Position numbers and translations under genes: made by a program
NCBI GenBank assembly: GCA_051294375.1
Contig: JBJCIZ010000282.1
Span: 562,809 to 626,808 of the forward strand
DNA from: Paraspadella gotoi
Lineage: Eukaryota; Animalia; Chaetognatha
Direction of reading: 5' to 3'
Length of the DNA stretch: 64,000 bases
Shown: positions 45,673-58,753 of the stretch, piece after piece
Layout of the letters: every line of letters begins with the position of its first letter
Position numbering within the stretch: the stretch's first letter is position 1
The notes under the pieces: generated by a model
Database searches by the model: none
Told to the model about the DNA's origin: nothing
What the model saw: only the letters and a program-made list of their open reading frames with translations

Positions 45673-48111
45673 TTTTAGCTGATACCGCTAAATTATCGTA
45701 GTCAAATCCGGATTCAGATATGACAAAATTTTAGATATTAAACTATCGTCATCATCATTTAGTTTATTAATGTTATTCATTGCATCAGTACTTACCCATT
45801 TTCAATATTATCTTTTAATTTAATAGTTTATTGCTATCATATTTAAATCATTATCATAAAAAAAAAATTAAAAATGATTTCAAAAATGAAAAACTATCGT
45901 GAAGTGACGATAGTGAATTCTCCAATCTTTAATTTTAACGATATTAAATTTGAGTTAGTTTAATAGTTAGTTTTGCTGGTGTGAGATCAGCATATACTTT
46001 CAATTTTATTACTTTTTGGCTCTTTCTGTTTCCCTTTTTTTATTTCTGTTATAATTATGTTTATTTTTTGTTGTTAGTTTTGTAAGGATTCCTTTTTTTC
46101 CAGGCTTTGCTTATTCTATTTTCTTTATGAGGCCCCGGTTCGCGCATAATCGGCCTATTATCGGGTTTAAAGCTTTAGGTACTACAGTCTAGTTCAAATT
46201 CTTATGTGGATCAACGAGTTTTCGATTTTAAGCGAAAGTTGATCTATTTGAAGCGCGATTTTCGCGACTGTTTTATTGCCAATAACTTTTGAACGGATTA
46301 TCCGATTTTATGAATTTTGCATTATAGTGTATTTTAAATCCCTATCGATCAGGTACCAAATTTGATTTAAAATACTCAATAGTTTTAGGAACGATGCACA
46401 TCCCCCAAAAATAGATTTTCGGAAAAGCGTATCGATTTTTAAATTCTTTGCTCGACTTTCAGTTCTGTTAAATCTACAGAAAAAAATAAAAAATTAAAAA
46501 TAATTAAACAAAAGAGTTGGAGGCTAAAACCGTTTGAAATAAAAATAAACTAAAATTATTTTTTATAAGTTGGGAAGATAGGGAGAATTTATGAAGAGGG
46601 ATTTGAAAAATGTTACTAGTTTTCAAGATATTTAGAATTTAATGCCAAAATTTTATTATTCTTTTTTTTTATGAAGATAAGTGGAATTTGAAAAATCCCT
46701 CTCATAGAAATTGGGGGACCCCTTGTCCTCAAGTAAATTTATGTAAAATTTCATTGAAAATCCGCTTAGCCGTTTGGGCCGCAACTCTTCCAATAAGTTT
46801 TTCTTTTATTATATAGTATTATAAAATTCGAAAAAAACAGCAATGGATTCGAAGAGAAGTAAAGGGAATTACATTTTCAGAATCATCTGGAACCTCTACT
46901 TTCCGGAATATAAGCTTTTATTAATCCTAATTTAGATTTGGCCAGTGATCAGGCCTTAAAAGGCGAGGCATCCTGCCTTCCCAATTGGTTTTCAAAATTT
47001 TTCACTTCTCGTGATCGAGCACAGTCGACAAAGGCATCGACCGCAGCCGGGGGGTAGGTAAATGCTCATTGGTTCTCGAAATTCTCGCCTTTTCAGTGGC
47101 GGGAAAACGAAGATGACGATCGGAGTGGCGCCAAAATTGGCTCTCGCAACCAGACTGGTTTGTCGGAAATTCTCTCCTATCGCGATTGGTTGGCAGCGGA
47201 CGGATGTCGACGATCGAGTCCAGGGGGTTCGCGCCTCGCAACCCGATTGGCTCAAATTCTCCCTGTTTGTGATTGTGTTGGCGCAAACCCGAAGATCAAG
47301 TGGGGGCGTTGTTGTGTCAGTAACACGATTGGTTCTAAGAATTCTCCCCCTTTATTATTGGTCGAGGACCAAAAGAAAGAAGACAATATGGCTATTAAAT
47401 GGTAAACTAGAATAGAGTGCAAATCTTGACGCTGCACGGCGCTCTGGCAACGACGATGGCGACGGCGTGCTCGGGTGCATGAGTCTTTTGAGAAATTGTT
47501 CATTCAAATTAATCTTCACCTTATTCACAAACTTTCTAAATCTCATATCTTGAACAAAAAAAAAGATGCTGCTCTGCTTCCACGTCTACTCCCTCCGTTA
47601 TGCAATTTCTTTCTTTTTTTTTTATTTTCTTTGCTTTACATTCTATTTCTCTTTATGAGAGAACCCAGGTATACAAGACTGTCAAATAATCGTTATTATC
47701 GGTTTTATAGGATATAGTTATAAAACTAACAAAGATAGTTCTCAAATCCTTATTGGATCAAAAGACGAGTTCGATTTTAAGCGAAGTTGATATCTAGAAT
47801 TGTTAAGAATATAGTGCGCACTATTTTTCTCAAAGCGACATAGTTTCGGCTCTTGCCATAACGCTTTTGAGAAAGAACACGCAAGGATTATCCACGGGAT
47901 AATTTTATGAAATTTGGCGATATAGATAAGTAATATAATGTGAATTCCCTAGTCCGATCCGGTGTGGTATCCAAATTTATTAAAATATACTCCAATGTTT
48001 AGAAACGATGCACATCCCAAAATATAGATTTCGTGGAAAAGTGCGTATCGATTTTTTAATATCTAGTTGCTGACTTTCAGTTCTGTAAAATCTACAGAAT
48101 AATAATTACTA

Positions 48112-49172
48112 ATTTTTTCAAAGTATACCTACTTTTTTTGAAGTATGCCTACTTTTTTGAAGTACGCATACTTTTTTCAAAGTATGCATACTTTTTTTGA
48201 AGTATGCATACTTTTTTCAAAGTATGCACCCTTTTTCAAATTATGCACCCTTTTTTCAAAGTATGCATACTTTTTTCAAAATATGCATACTTTTTCAAAA
48301 TATGCATACTTTTTTCGAAGTATGCACCCTTTTTTTAAATTATGCATACTTTTTTAAAAGTATGCATACTTTTTTCAAATTATGCATACTTTTTTCAAAT
48401 TATGCATACTTTTTTCAAATTATGCATACTTTTTTCAAATTATGCATACTTTTTTTAAAGTATGCATACTTTTTTCAAATTATGCATACTTTTTTCAAAG
48501 TATGCACCATTTTTTCAAATTATGAATACTTTTTTAAAAGTATGCATACTTTTTTTTCAAAGTATGCATACTTTTTTCAAAGTATGCATACTTTTTTCAA
48601 AGTATTCCTATTTTTTTCAAAGTATGCACCCTTTTTAAAAATTATGAATAACTTTTTAAAAGTATGCATACTTTTTTTTCAATTATGTATACTTTTTCAA
48701 AGTATGCATACTTTTTTTCAAAGTATGCACCTTTTTTTCAAATTATGCATACTTTTTTAAAAGTATGCATACTTTTTTTCAATTATGTATACTTTTTTCA
48801 AAGTATGCAATACTTTTTTTTAAGTATGCATACTTTTTTCAAAAGTATGCTACTTTTTTCAAAGTATGCATACTTTTCCAACTTGCATACTTTTTTCAAA
48901 CTTGCATACTTTTTTCAACTTGCATACTTTTTTCAACTTGCATTACTTTTTTTCAACTTGCATACTTTTTTCAACTTGCATACTTTTTCAACTTGCATAC
49001 TTTTTTCAACTTGCATACTTTTTCAACTTGCATACTTTTTTCAACTTGCATACTTTTTTTCACTTGCATACTTTTTTTCAACTTGCATACTTTTTTCAAC
49101 TTGCATACTTTTTCAACTTGCATACTTTTTCAACTTTGCATACTTTTTTCAATTGATACTTTCAACTTGCAT
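48112..49172. repeat. ~20-bp palindromic satellite grading into 19-bp AACTTGCATACTTTTTTC
   Basis: Directly visible array of roughly 50 units. Confidence 0.95.
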
Positions 49173-50549
49173 AATTTTTAGCTGATTACCGCTAAATTAT
49201 CGTAGTCAAATCCGGATTCAGATATGACAAATTTTAGATATTAAACTATCGTCATCATCATTAGTTTAATTAATTTTATTCATTGCATCAGTTTACTTAC
49301 CATTTTCAATCATTATCTTTTAATTATAGTTTTATTGCTATCATATTTAAATCAGTTATCATAAAATTAAAATGATTCAAAAATGAAAAACTAATCGTGA
49401 AGTGACGATAGTGAATTCTCCAATCTTTAATTAACGATATTAAATTGAGTTTAGTTTAATAGTTAGTTTTGCTGGGTGAGATCACGCATATACTTTCAAT
49501 TATTACTTTTTGGCTCTTTCTGTTTCCCTTTTTTATTCTGTTATAATTATGTTTATTTTTTGTGTTAGTTTTGTAAGGATTCCTTTTTTTCCAGGCTTTG
49601 CTTATTCTATTTTCTCTTATGAGGCCCGGTTCGCGCATAATCGGCCTATTATCGGGTTTAAAGCTTAGTACTACAGTAGTTCAAATTCTTATTGGATCAA
49701 ACGAGTTTCGATTTTAAGCGAAAGTTGATCGATTTGAAAGCGCGATTTTCGCGACTGTTTTACTTGCCAATAATACTTTTGAACGGATTATCACGATTTT
49801 ATGAATTTTGCATATAGATGTATTTTAAATTCCCTATCGATCGGTACCAAAATTTATATTAAAATACTCAATAGTTTTAGAAACGATGCACATCCCCCAA
49901 AAATAGATTTCGGAAAAGCGTAATCGATTTTAAAGTTCTTTGCTCGACTTTCAGTTCTGTAAAATCTACAGAAAAAAATAAAAAATAAAAATAAATAAAC
50001 AAAAGAGTTGGAGCTAAAACCGTTTGAAATAAAAATAAACTAAAATTATTTTTTATAAGTATGGAAAGATAGGAGAAATTCTATGAGAGGGATTTTGAAA
50101 AATGTTACTAGTTTTCAAGATATTTAGAATTTAATGCCAAAATTTTATTATTCTTTTTTTTATGAAGATAAGTTAATTTGAAAAATCCCTCTCATAGAAT
50201 TGGGACCCTTGTCCTCAAGTAAATTTATGTAAAATTTCATGAAAATCCGCTTAGCCGTTTGGGCCGCAACTCTTCCGAAAGGTTTCTTTTATTTTATATA
50301 GTATTATAAAATTCGAAAAAACAGCAATGGATTCGAAGAGAAGATAAAGGGAATACATTTTCAGAATCATCTGGACCTCTACTTTCCGAATATAAGCTTT
50401 TTTAATCCTAATTATAACTTTTGGCCAGTGATCCCAGGCCTTAAAAGGCGAGGCATCCTGCCTTCCAATTGGTTTTCAAAATTTTCACTTCTCGTGATAC
50501 GTAGGCACAGTCGACAAAAGCATCGACCGCAGCCGGGGGGGTAGGTAAA

Positions 50550-50855
50550 TGCTCATTGGTTCTCAAAATTCTCGCCTGTTTCAGTTGGCCGGGAAAACGA
50601 AGATGACGATCGAGTGGCGCAAAATTGGCATCTTGCAACCACACTGGTTGTCGGAAATTCTCTCCTATCGCGATTGGTTGGCACGGACGGTGTCGACGAT
50701 CGAGTCCAGGGAGGTTCGCGCCTCGCAACACGATTGGCTCAACAAATTCTCCCTGTTTGTGATTTGTTGGCGCAAACCCCAAAGATCAAGTGGGGGGCGT
50801 TGCTGTCCAGTAACACGATTGGTTCTAAGAATTCTCCCCCTTTATAATTGGTCGG
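50550..50855 (+). promoter_or_regulatory. Cluster of inverted CCAAT boxes (putative promoter); duplicated at 47065-47365
   Basis: At least six ATTGG motifs (CATTGGTT, AATTGGC, GATTGGTT, GATTGGCT, GATTGGTT, AATTGGTC) within ~300 bp upstream of the gene at 51172. Confidence 0.45.
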
Positions 50856-51171
50856 CAAAAAGACGGCGGCAACGACGACGGCGGCAACGACGATGGCGAC
50901 GGCGTGCTCGGGAGAGTCTTTTGGGTCACCATTCTCACATTCACAACTTTCTAATCTCCTTCTGCGTGCGAATCTCTCCCGTCTCTCTCCTCGTTGCAAT
51001 TTTTTTTTTTTTTTTCTCTTTGTATTTTTTTCCCGTTTTTCGACGTTTTTCCCATTTTTCCTTTTTTCTTTTTTTTTCGATTTGACGCCAATTTTTCTTC
51101 TTTTTTATATATATAATTTCTAAATTTACTTACTAGGTTTGTATTAATCTCCGATTCACATACCATAGAAA

Positions 51172-51606
51172 ATGCAGAACTCCGCGAATGTCGAGAAGAC
51201 GTGGGAGGAAGTCGGGGCCACTGCGATAATCAACGAAAAGGAAAAGCTTAAACACACGCTGTAAGTATCACCAAGTTGGTATTAAATCAATTGTTTGTGC
51301 TATAACAGGTCAATCTTTACGTTAGTTATTTATTTTGTCATTTTTAAAATTATTTCTTAATTGACGTTTTACAGATGCCAGGAGCGATCGCGGTTGAGAA
51401 TGAACTTGCTGGATGTACAGCAATTGAAAAGGATAATGGAACCAGTGAGGTAAAAAAATTATAGATTTAGATTTTTTTAATCGATTAAAGGTAACTTTGG
51501 TTTTAATTTTAAATTTTCAATGCGCACAGAAAACGACATCATTGCCCGGAACGGACGAAGACCGGGAGAGCAATACAGCGACAGTGCGCTCGATCAACTG
51601 TGGTGA
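51172..51606 (+). CDS. Small three-exon gene of unknown function (51172-51260, 51375-51449, 51530-51606)
   Basis: Two GT-AG phase-2 introns keep one open frame: MQNSANVEKTWEEVGATAIINEKEKLKHTLCQERSRLRMNLLDVQQLKRIMEPVRKRHHCPERTKTGEQYSDSALDQLW*. Confidence 0.55.
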
Positions 51607-52239
51607 GTCGTGGAATACGATGAAATATTGGTTACTTTTACTTTGGCCGACCGGTTAAACAAAGGTTTTAGGGTTGGGTAATTAAGTAATATTTTTTTAA
51701 ATTTTTTTGTTAAAAAAATATTTTTAAGTACTTTTTTAAAAGTTGCCAAAATTGCGTTCGATGAAAGTAAAATTTAGCCCGAAATAATTTACTTATGATA
51801 ATTATTTGCAAACTATATATTTTTGCTCAAATAGAATTATTATTCAACCTTTTCGTATTACTTTTTATGCATTTTTATGCAAAAACATTGGAACGGCAGG
51901 TTGCCACCCTAGACAAACTTGTCTAGATTTCGAATTCGAATCCATCTACTTTAGTTTAGTATTTTTTGTTGCTTTCATTGTATAATAAAATAGATTACAT
52001 TGTTTTTGCCTATACAAAAAAAGTTTTTAATTTTAATGCAAAATTAAGCTAAGAGTATCAAATCAAATATATCAAATATATCATTTCGATATTTCCTAAA
52101 AACCCTTCTATAATTAGTCATTTGAGATCGAAAAAAATTATTATGAGTGACAATCTTTTTAGACAATTTGGTAGCCCTAAAAAGGCCTTTTGGGGTTAAG
52201 TTGCCTTCCAAAAAGGCAGTTTTGGGATGGACCGAGGCA

Positions 52240-53064
52240 TTAAGGAGCAGGCAGTACAATCACGTCCGGACGGCGTGGTTGGTCCCTTGGATCCTCGAAG
52301 ACGCGCAAGCGATCTGGGCAGAATCGGCTTAATAAGATGTAAAATAAGACTGCAGCGATTTCCCTGTATGAGAAACCTTGCCGTCTCAATTTCACACACT
52401 TAACACCGAGACCGATCAGGAACGCCAACACGCTGGATGGTGCCAGAACGTCGAAGACAAGGTCGACAATCTGTGGAGTCGACATGCCGATTTCCGCGAC
52501 TTTAGTCCCGATCGTTTTCAGACTAGAACCGCTTTCGGAAATTGCCTCTTTGTCCTTTGTCTGAGGTTTCGCCGTTGTTGTAGTTGTCATGGTTGTTGTT
52601 GTAGTGGTAGACGTGGTAGTTGTGGTAGTTGTCCTTTTTGTTGGTATGGGAAGCCAATCTTTTTGCTTCTCAACCACGAGGTCAGCTTCACCCTTCGGCT
52701 CAGCCATCCTGGATTGAGAAGCAGTCAGACCAATTGCCTCTTCGTACGTTGGTAAGCCTGCAGGTTCTTCCGCAGCCGAATCCTTCCCTTCCGGAGCGAC
52801 TGCACCCTTCGGCTCAGCCACTTCAGTGGGAAAAATGTCCGGATCAGCTACAGGTTTGTCCGGGGACAAGCCTGCAGGTGGTTCCGCAGCCACATCCTTC
52901 CATTCTTCCGCTTCCGGAGCGACTGCACCTTTCGGCTTAGCCACTTTGGCGAGAAAAACGTCCGGATCAGCTACAGGTTTGTCCGGGGACAAACCTGGAA
53001 CCGCTGGGGCCGAATTTCTCCGATTCTCTACTTTGGGTTTGGCGTCACCCTTCGGCTCGGCCAC
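52240..53064 (-). CDS. Repeat-containing, Thr-rich membrane protein next to Maverick core
   Basis: Two ~40-aa repeats (GLSPDKPVADPD.F...VA.PKGAVAPE), poly-Thr tract, hydrophobic LVFDVLAPSSVLAFLIGLGV followed by KCVKLRR. Confidence 0.6.
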   Translation of the reverse strand: MAEPKGDAKPKVENRRNSAPAVPGLSPDKPVADPDVFLAKVAKPKGAVAPEAEEWKDVAAEPPAGLSPDKPVADPDIFPTEVAEPKGAVAPEGKDSAAEEPAGLPTYEEAIGLTASQSRMAEPKGEADLVVEKQKDWLPIPTKRTTTTTTTSTTTTTTMTTTTTAKPQTKDKEAISESGSSLKTIGTKVAEIGMSTPQIVDLVFDVLAPSSVLAFLIGLGVKCVKLRRQGFSYREIAAVLFYILLSRFCPDRLRVFEDPRDQPRRPDVIVLPAP

Positions 53065-53894
53065 CCTTGTTCGAAATCATCAACTCGAGGTTGTCGTTCT
53101 TCAGTTCCATGGTCAGTTTCGTAGTCGGTTTTTTGGTCCTGGTTAGTAGGTGCATTAGGTGTGCATCGTCCTCCGTCGTACATACAAATCACGATTCGAC
53201 CTGTCAAACGCGCGCGAGAGATAAATCACCGCCGCGGTTCCGTCCTGCGCGCGAACAGACATTTCGGGACGAGAGAGAGAGAGAGAGAGAGAGACTGATG
53301 TCTGTTCCATCCCCCATATATCGACATCTGTTCCGTCCTACAACGGAACAAACAATCGGAACCATCAAGGTTCCTATTTTTTTACGGGTTAAAGTCGCTA
53401 TGCCCCCATACTTTCAAAACTCATACCCTGAGGCAATGTTTACCTTCTGTCACTCAGAGGGACGCGTCCCCATAAAAAAACTTTCGCGAATATGCGGATT
53501 CAGACCATTGTTTATGTCTATTCATAGTAAATTTGCATACATAGAAAAAACAATAACAACAGAAATATTTTTTATTTCACGCGACAGAAGGCGGTAATAC
53601 AAAAAAGAAAATTATAAAAGCGTGACCATCGCCCGCATATTTTTAAAATTTGTTCGACCATCGGTTAGAAATATTTTTTCATTGTTATCCCAAAATAACG
53701 GATAATATGGAACCGCAAAATTTAATCGAGTTAGACAAAGCCATAAGGCAAAAGGACATAAAGTTCCTGTGTCGCAAGAAACCATCGACGAAATCTTGAC
53801 GCCTGGTTCTACAGAAAGGTCGCGGTTTGATATTAAATTCCGTTCTCTCCGACCTCATTCCCACCCTCGTTCAATATCTTTTTAAAAAATAATC

Positions 53895-54897
53895 ATGAGT
53901 TCCTTCAAAAAAATGTACATGTTGACAGAGGAACAATACAATAGATTTTTAAAACACGAAAAAGCGGGACTACTGCCACCGGGAGACGCCGGAATTATTA
54001 TGCAAAAATATAATAAAAAAAATCATAGAAGATAAAATATTGAAAAAAAATGAAGAGAATCAGAACTGGACTAAATTTGGGGAACGCATAGACCCCATCA
54101 TTCGTTGACCATTGATCGACACAATAGCGGGAAATAGAGTCGCCCCGGAGCCGGAGAGACCCGCCACTCCACCCCGTGAAGCCAGAGAAGCGGAAGTCAG
54201 CGCGACACCGAGCGCCCAGCCAGCCGTTAGACCCAAACAAAATAGAGATGTCGCGAAATTAATTACGCAAACTTTAGCGCCTAGTATACGAGTCAAGGGT
54301 TTAAGGTTATTATGCAGACTTCAGAATTTCCCAAATTTACTCATAAACCGATACAAAATAATCGTGAACGGGAACTTGTTACCCGGGCAAGCCAAAGAGA
54401 TCGTCGACGATCTCGTTAGAGCGAGAAAGAGCTTGACCTATCCCGTCAACGATTTGCTGAGAACCATAGTAGAACAGGACTCTAAAACGAAAGATTTTAT
54501 TTATAACATAGAAGCGAAACAAATTTTAACGGACGCCTTGCGAGAGAAGAGTGGAGAATTGGCCACCCACCGAGACCCATCGTCCCCACCGCGCCCAGAA
54601 ATCCAGATTCCGCAGCTACCATTTTTAACGCCGGGCGGCGCCAGAGACGCGGATAGCGATCCCGAGACTCCATTTAAAGAGTTGCCCGGCTACAAGTCTC
54701 CGGAAGAGTCCTTCAAAGAACTATCGGACAAAAACGGACAGCATGGAAAAGGAAAAAAATCCGGAAAGGGAAGAAGGAAAGGAAAAAAGCCACAAAGAGG
54801 AAGCGGGGGAAAAAAATCGCAGAGAGGAAGCGGGGGAAAGAGAAAAATTCAACCAGGAGCCAGACTCAGAAAAAAATGGGAAAAATTATTTTTATGA
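53895..54897 (+). pseudogene. Conserved Maverick pre-integrase ORF (frameshift and stop)
   Basis: MSSFKKMYMLTEEQY start; IIVNG.LLPG...IVDDLV block; QxGxG motifs and KKWEKL end. Confidence 0.65.
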
Positions 54898-56044
54898 GAA
54901 AGCTTCCAAGAATTATTACGAACCGAAGGAAGTAGGAAGATATTCCAACTTGAAGACCCTTCACGATCGGTTGAAGAAGGAAGGGAAAAAAGTAACCAGC
55001 AGACAGGTTCGCGACTGGTTATTACATCAACTGACATATTCGTTACATAAACCCAGGAGAATAAAATTCGAAAGACGAACCATGAAGAAGCTTTACGTGA
55101 ACGACACGTGGAACGCCGACCTCGTCTCTCTCATAGAAATATCCAAATTTAACTCCAGACATTATTTCATTCTTTGCTGCGTGGATTCTTTTTCTCGCCG
55201 CGCCATGTGCCGACCAGTCCACCGCAAGACGACGGTGAATATGAAGACGGCCTTCGACTCAATATTTGAAGAGACGGGGGAGACGCCCAGAAATCTGACG
55301 AGCGACCAAGGGACCGAGTTTACGAGCCTGAAAGATTATTTCAAAGAGAACATGAATAATTATTACAATACCAAAAGCCCGCTAAAAACGTTCATGTGCG
55401 AAAGATTCATAAGAACTCTGGAAGGAGCCATTCATAAATATTTCACCGCCCGAAAGACCCTCAGATGGTTCAACGTCTTACAACCGCTGGTGGAAAGCTA
55501 CAACGCCACTCCAACTCCGACCCTATTTAATTTGAGCCCGAACGAAATATATTTCTGCGACAGCAACATAGAATACGTGCATCGTCAATACAAGAAGCGA
55601 GAGAGACTGAAGAGAGAGAAATACAAAAACAAAAAACTCAAGTTCGAGGTGGGGGATTTCGTCAGGGTAATCAAGGACGATCTGGGCAAGTTTTACCGCG
55701 GTTACTACCCGGCGTTCAGTCCGTCAATTCATAAAATAAGAGAGATCGTTTCCAGCATTCCTCCAACGTACAAGGTGGAAGATAAGATGCGATCTTATTA
55801 CGAGCAGGAACTCAGTTTGGTCTTAAAAGGAGATGATTTGGAGCAACGAGGGATTCACTACTATCTCAAAGGAAAGAGAGAGGTCGGCGGAAAGACCCTA
55901 AAAAATAAATCGGTAATTGGCAAGGAAACGGAATATAACGTTAAATCGGTTTTGGACCCGAACCTTTCCCTCTGGCTCAACGAAAAGGACTACCAAAATT
56001 TAATCAAAAAACATGGAGTTCTCAGTGGAGGTGATATCCGATAG
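54894..56044 (+). CDS. Maverick retroviral-like (rve) integrase
   Basis: YY.P...G.YS, WL..Q.TYSLHKP.R, WNADLV (D), VDSFSR, SDQGTEF (D), CERFIRTL (E), YNATP, FEVGDFVR, FYRGY, YYEQEL. The true start is uncertain (ORF open from 54743). Confidence 0.95.
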
Positions 56045-56926
56045 TTGCACCGCCTTGTTCAAGGAGAATAAAGCATCGTCCTTCGTCAACCGACTCCCAC
56101 ACCCTTTGTACCTGGATGAACACTACTGGGTCGCTTTATCAGAGATTTCTTTCGTCAAAGAAATTCGGAACGTGGACGTCATGAATTTCTAAATTTTTGA
56201 TTTTTTGTTCGAGGACAAAAAAAATAGTCCCGGTTTCTATGGCAAGACGATAGAGGCTGAGATCGAAAGCGGTTATTACGATTCTTCGGAACATTTAATA
56301 TCGGTGCTAAATCACGTTATATGGTAGCACGTCCCACGATTGAAGGGTATCAAACTTTTCACTTTCGACCCGATAAGTAATTTGTTTTGGTTTCATTACA
56401 AAAAGGAATATTATTTTTACTTAAAAATTCATCATAAATTATGTCTATTACTGGGCATCATGTCCACGGAAGAGGACAGCAAAAATCTTTTCACCCTGTT
56501 AGGATCGCCGAAGAAAGCCGACTCCTTCGAGTACGAAACAGAGGATGGTAAAATTATTAATAGAACGTTCAAAGAGAAACAGGTCATTTCCGATACGGCT
56601 TGCCAGGGCACGGATCATTTTTTATACAGAAGTCAGGTGCAACTGATCGACGCCTTCGCCGTCTATTGCTCGGCGTCCAAGGATGTCATTTACGGGGACA
56701 AATTGACAAACATTTTACGGGTGGTCCCGCTTCAAGGCCAACGAAAGGACAGTACTCAGTTATCCTTTCCCACAATACATTCCCATCAGATCGAACACAT
56801 CAAAGAGATAACCATTCAGATACGCGACTTGTACGGAACCTCATAGATTTTATGACATCTTTCGTCAGAGTTAAATTAATATTCAAAAAAAGATACCTGG
56901 GACTCACCAACGATGCCTCTCTTTAG
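56013..56926 (+). pseudogene. Maverick penton (minor capsid) with two in-frame stops and a frameshift
   Basis: MEFSVEVISDS...F.ENKASSFVNRLPHPLYLDEHYWVALSEISF; stops at 56190 and 56325; VYC.....VIYGD...NILRVVP and I.IQIRD..G motifs. Confidence 0.85.
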
Positions 56927-57403
56927 CCCCTCGCCTCGCCAGGAGAAACAGTAGGGTCGGATTCGGTTCCATCCTCAGATCCATAGGCAATTCGTATTTA
57001 CTCCCGGCCTTGAGATCCTTCTTCCCGTCGGTAAGAGGCCGCCATGAAGAACCTGGCTGAAGAGGGGATAAGGGCTGGGGGTCAGATTTTAACCGACGTA
57101 GCGCGAGGAAAAAATATGAAAGAGAGTTTGACGCAACGGAGTAAAGACGCCATAAAAAATATAAAAAAAATAGCAAATGAAAGAGGGAAAGAGGCCCTAA
57201 CGAGAGTGGGCGGGGTTATAAAAGCCCGCACCTTCGGATCGACCGCCAGTAGAGAATCCAACGCGACCGGAGCAGGCAAGAAAAAAATTAAAAGTAAGAG
57301 TAAAAAAATTAAAAAGGGTCTTTGCGGTCTAGGAGGCGGAAAGAGAAAAACCAAATTAAAAAAAAAAGCGAAAACGGGGAAAAGATTTTTGATTTTTGAC
57401 TAA
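56913..57403 (+). pseudogene. Basic Maverick virion core protein (pVII-like), frameshifted
   Basis: GFGSILRSIG, G...G.QILTDVARGKNMKESL..R, Lys-rich tail ending IFD; lies between penton and MCP. Confidence 0.7.
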
Positions 57404-57412
57404 AAAGGGAAA

Positions 57413-58753
57413 ATGGCGCTAGCGTTGATGGACCACTCGGCCACGACGTGCGTGGACGAAGGATTGAACGTGTTCGACAAGAGCATAGTGGATCATCAAT
57501 ACGACAGCGCTTACTTTTTAGAGTTGAAGCCTCAAATTCCTCTCGACTCCAAGTCTTCCTAGATCGTCTTCAAACGGGAGCCCATGAACGAATTCATCGA
57601 TTTTGGAGATTCCTACATGAAACTTCACGTTAAGATCACTAAGGCGGATAATACGGCTATCGATGCCGCATCGGCGGTTAATACTTCAGTCGGCTTCACG
57701 CAGATACCAACGGCCTCAATTTTTAAAAATTTGGATATTCGTTTAGGTGGACAGTCTCTAACAGCGCAGGATAATTGTCACGGGTATACATCGTGGTTGA
57801 CCATGCTGATGAACATGGATAAGCAATGGTTGAGAACGAAAGGAAATTTATTAGGCTGTTATTACGAAAGTAACCCCAGTACTAACCGAGCGGACACGGG
57901 CTTTTCCGGTTTCAAGGAACGCCTTGAAACCACAAAACTTTCCCACGTAGCCGTATACGTAGCCCCCATTCTTCACAGTTTCGCTCTTTCGTGCACAAGA
58001 CTGATGCTTTCCATGATGGACGTGAGTATAGCTTACGAAAGACAGGTCGACGCCTTCCCCATCCTCTCGGACATCACCACCGGCACCTTCAAATACGAAA
58101 TCGTCGACATGTCCGTCATGCTCAAGCAGGTCGTCGTGAACCCGAGTTATAACCTAAGATTGGAAGCGACATTGGCGAAAAAAAATGCTAGGTACGAATT
58201 TAAATATTGCCGATGCTTCGAATATAGCTTACCATCGGGCAGAAGATCCTATTCTTTCGACGACGTCTTCGCGAAAAACGAGATCCCTCAAATCGCCATA
58301 GTCGGTATCGTCGACGCCGACGCCTTCGAAGGTAACTTTTTAAAGTCACCGTATTATTTTCAGCATCGCAACCTAAAAAAATTGGTATATCAAATCTCCG
58401 GAAAAAATTACCCCAGTCCGAACGGTTTCACCTTCGATTTCGAATCGACGACGGCGCCCGATTGGATCGAAGGGTTTCCTTCGTTATTTCAGCTGAGCGG
58501 CATTTATTCCAAGGATTCGTTATGTATAGACTACGAAAGATACGACAGCGGATACACGTTGATATGCACCACGTTCGACGCCCCCAGCACGTCTCCCGAT
58601 ATCCACTCTTTACCCAAATTCGCGCCGGCCAAATTAACGCTGGAATTCGGCACCGATCTCCCCAACAATAGTAAACTTTTGGTATATTCTATTTTTAATC
58701 GCGAAATCTTCATAAATTCTCAAAGACGAGTCTTGCTAAATTATAATCTGTAA
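57413..58753 (+). pseudogene. Maverick double-jelly-roll major capsid protein (hexon) with one in-frame stop at 57560
   Basis: LNVF..., FIDFGDSYMKLHVKITKAD, SIFKNLDIRLGG, IP..AIVGIVD.DAFEG...KSPYYFQH, GYTL, L.LEF...L and I.INSQR motifs. Confidence 0.9.

Larger units (their letters stand above)
44548..50912. repeat. Tandem ~3-3.5-kb segment duplication (satellite + 1.8-kb unique); possibly assembly redundancy
   Basis: 45660-47475 matches 49165-50912 with mostly 1-bp indels; partial third copy at 47690-48100. Confidence 0.8.

Noticed and set aside
48145-49185. ORFs rich in YAYFF/MHTF/CILF
   Set aside because: Translations of the satellite.
44548-50912. 3-kb direct repeats as LTRs or Maverick termini
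   Set aside because: No TG..CA ends, TSD or inverted orientation; indel-dominated differences suggest redundant noisy assembly or simple tandem duplication.
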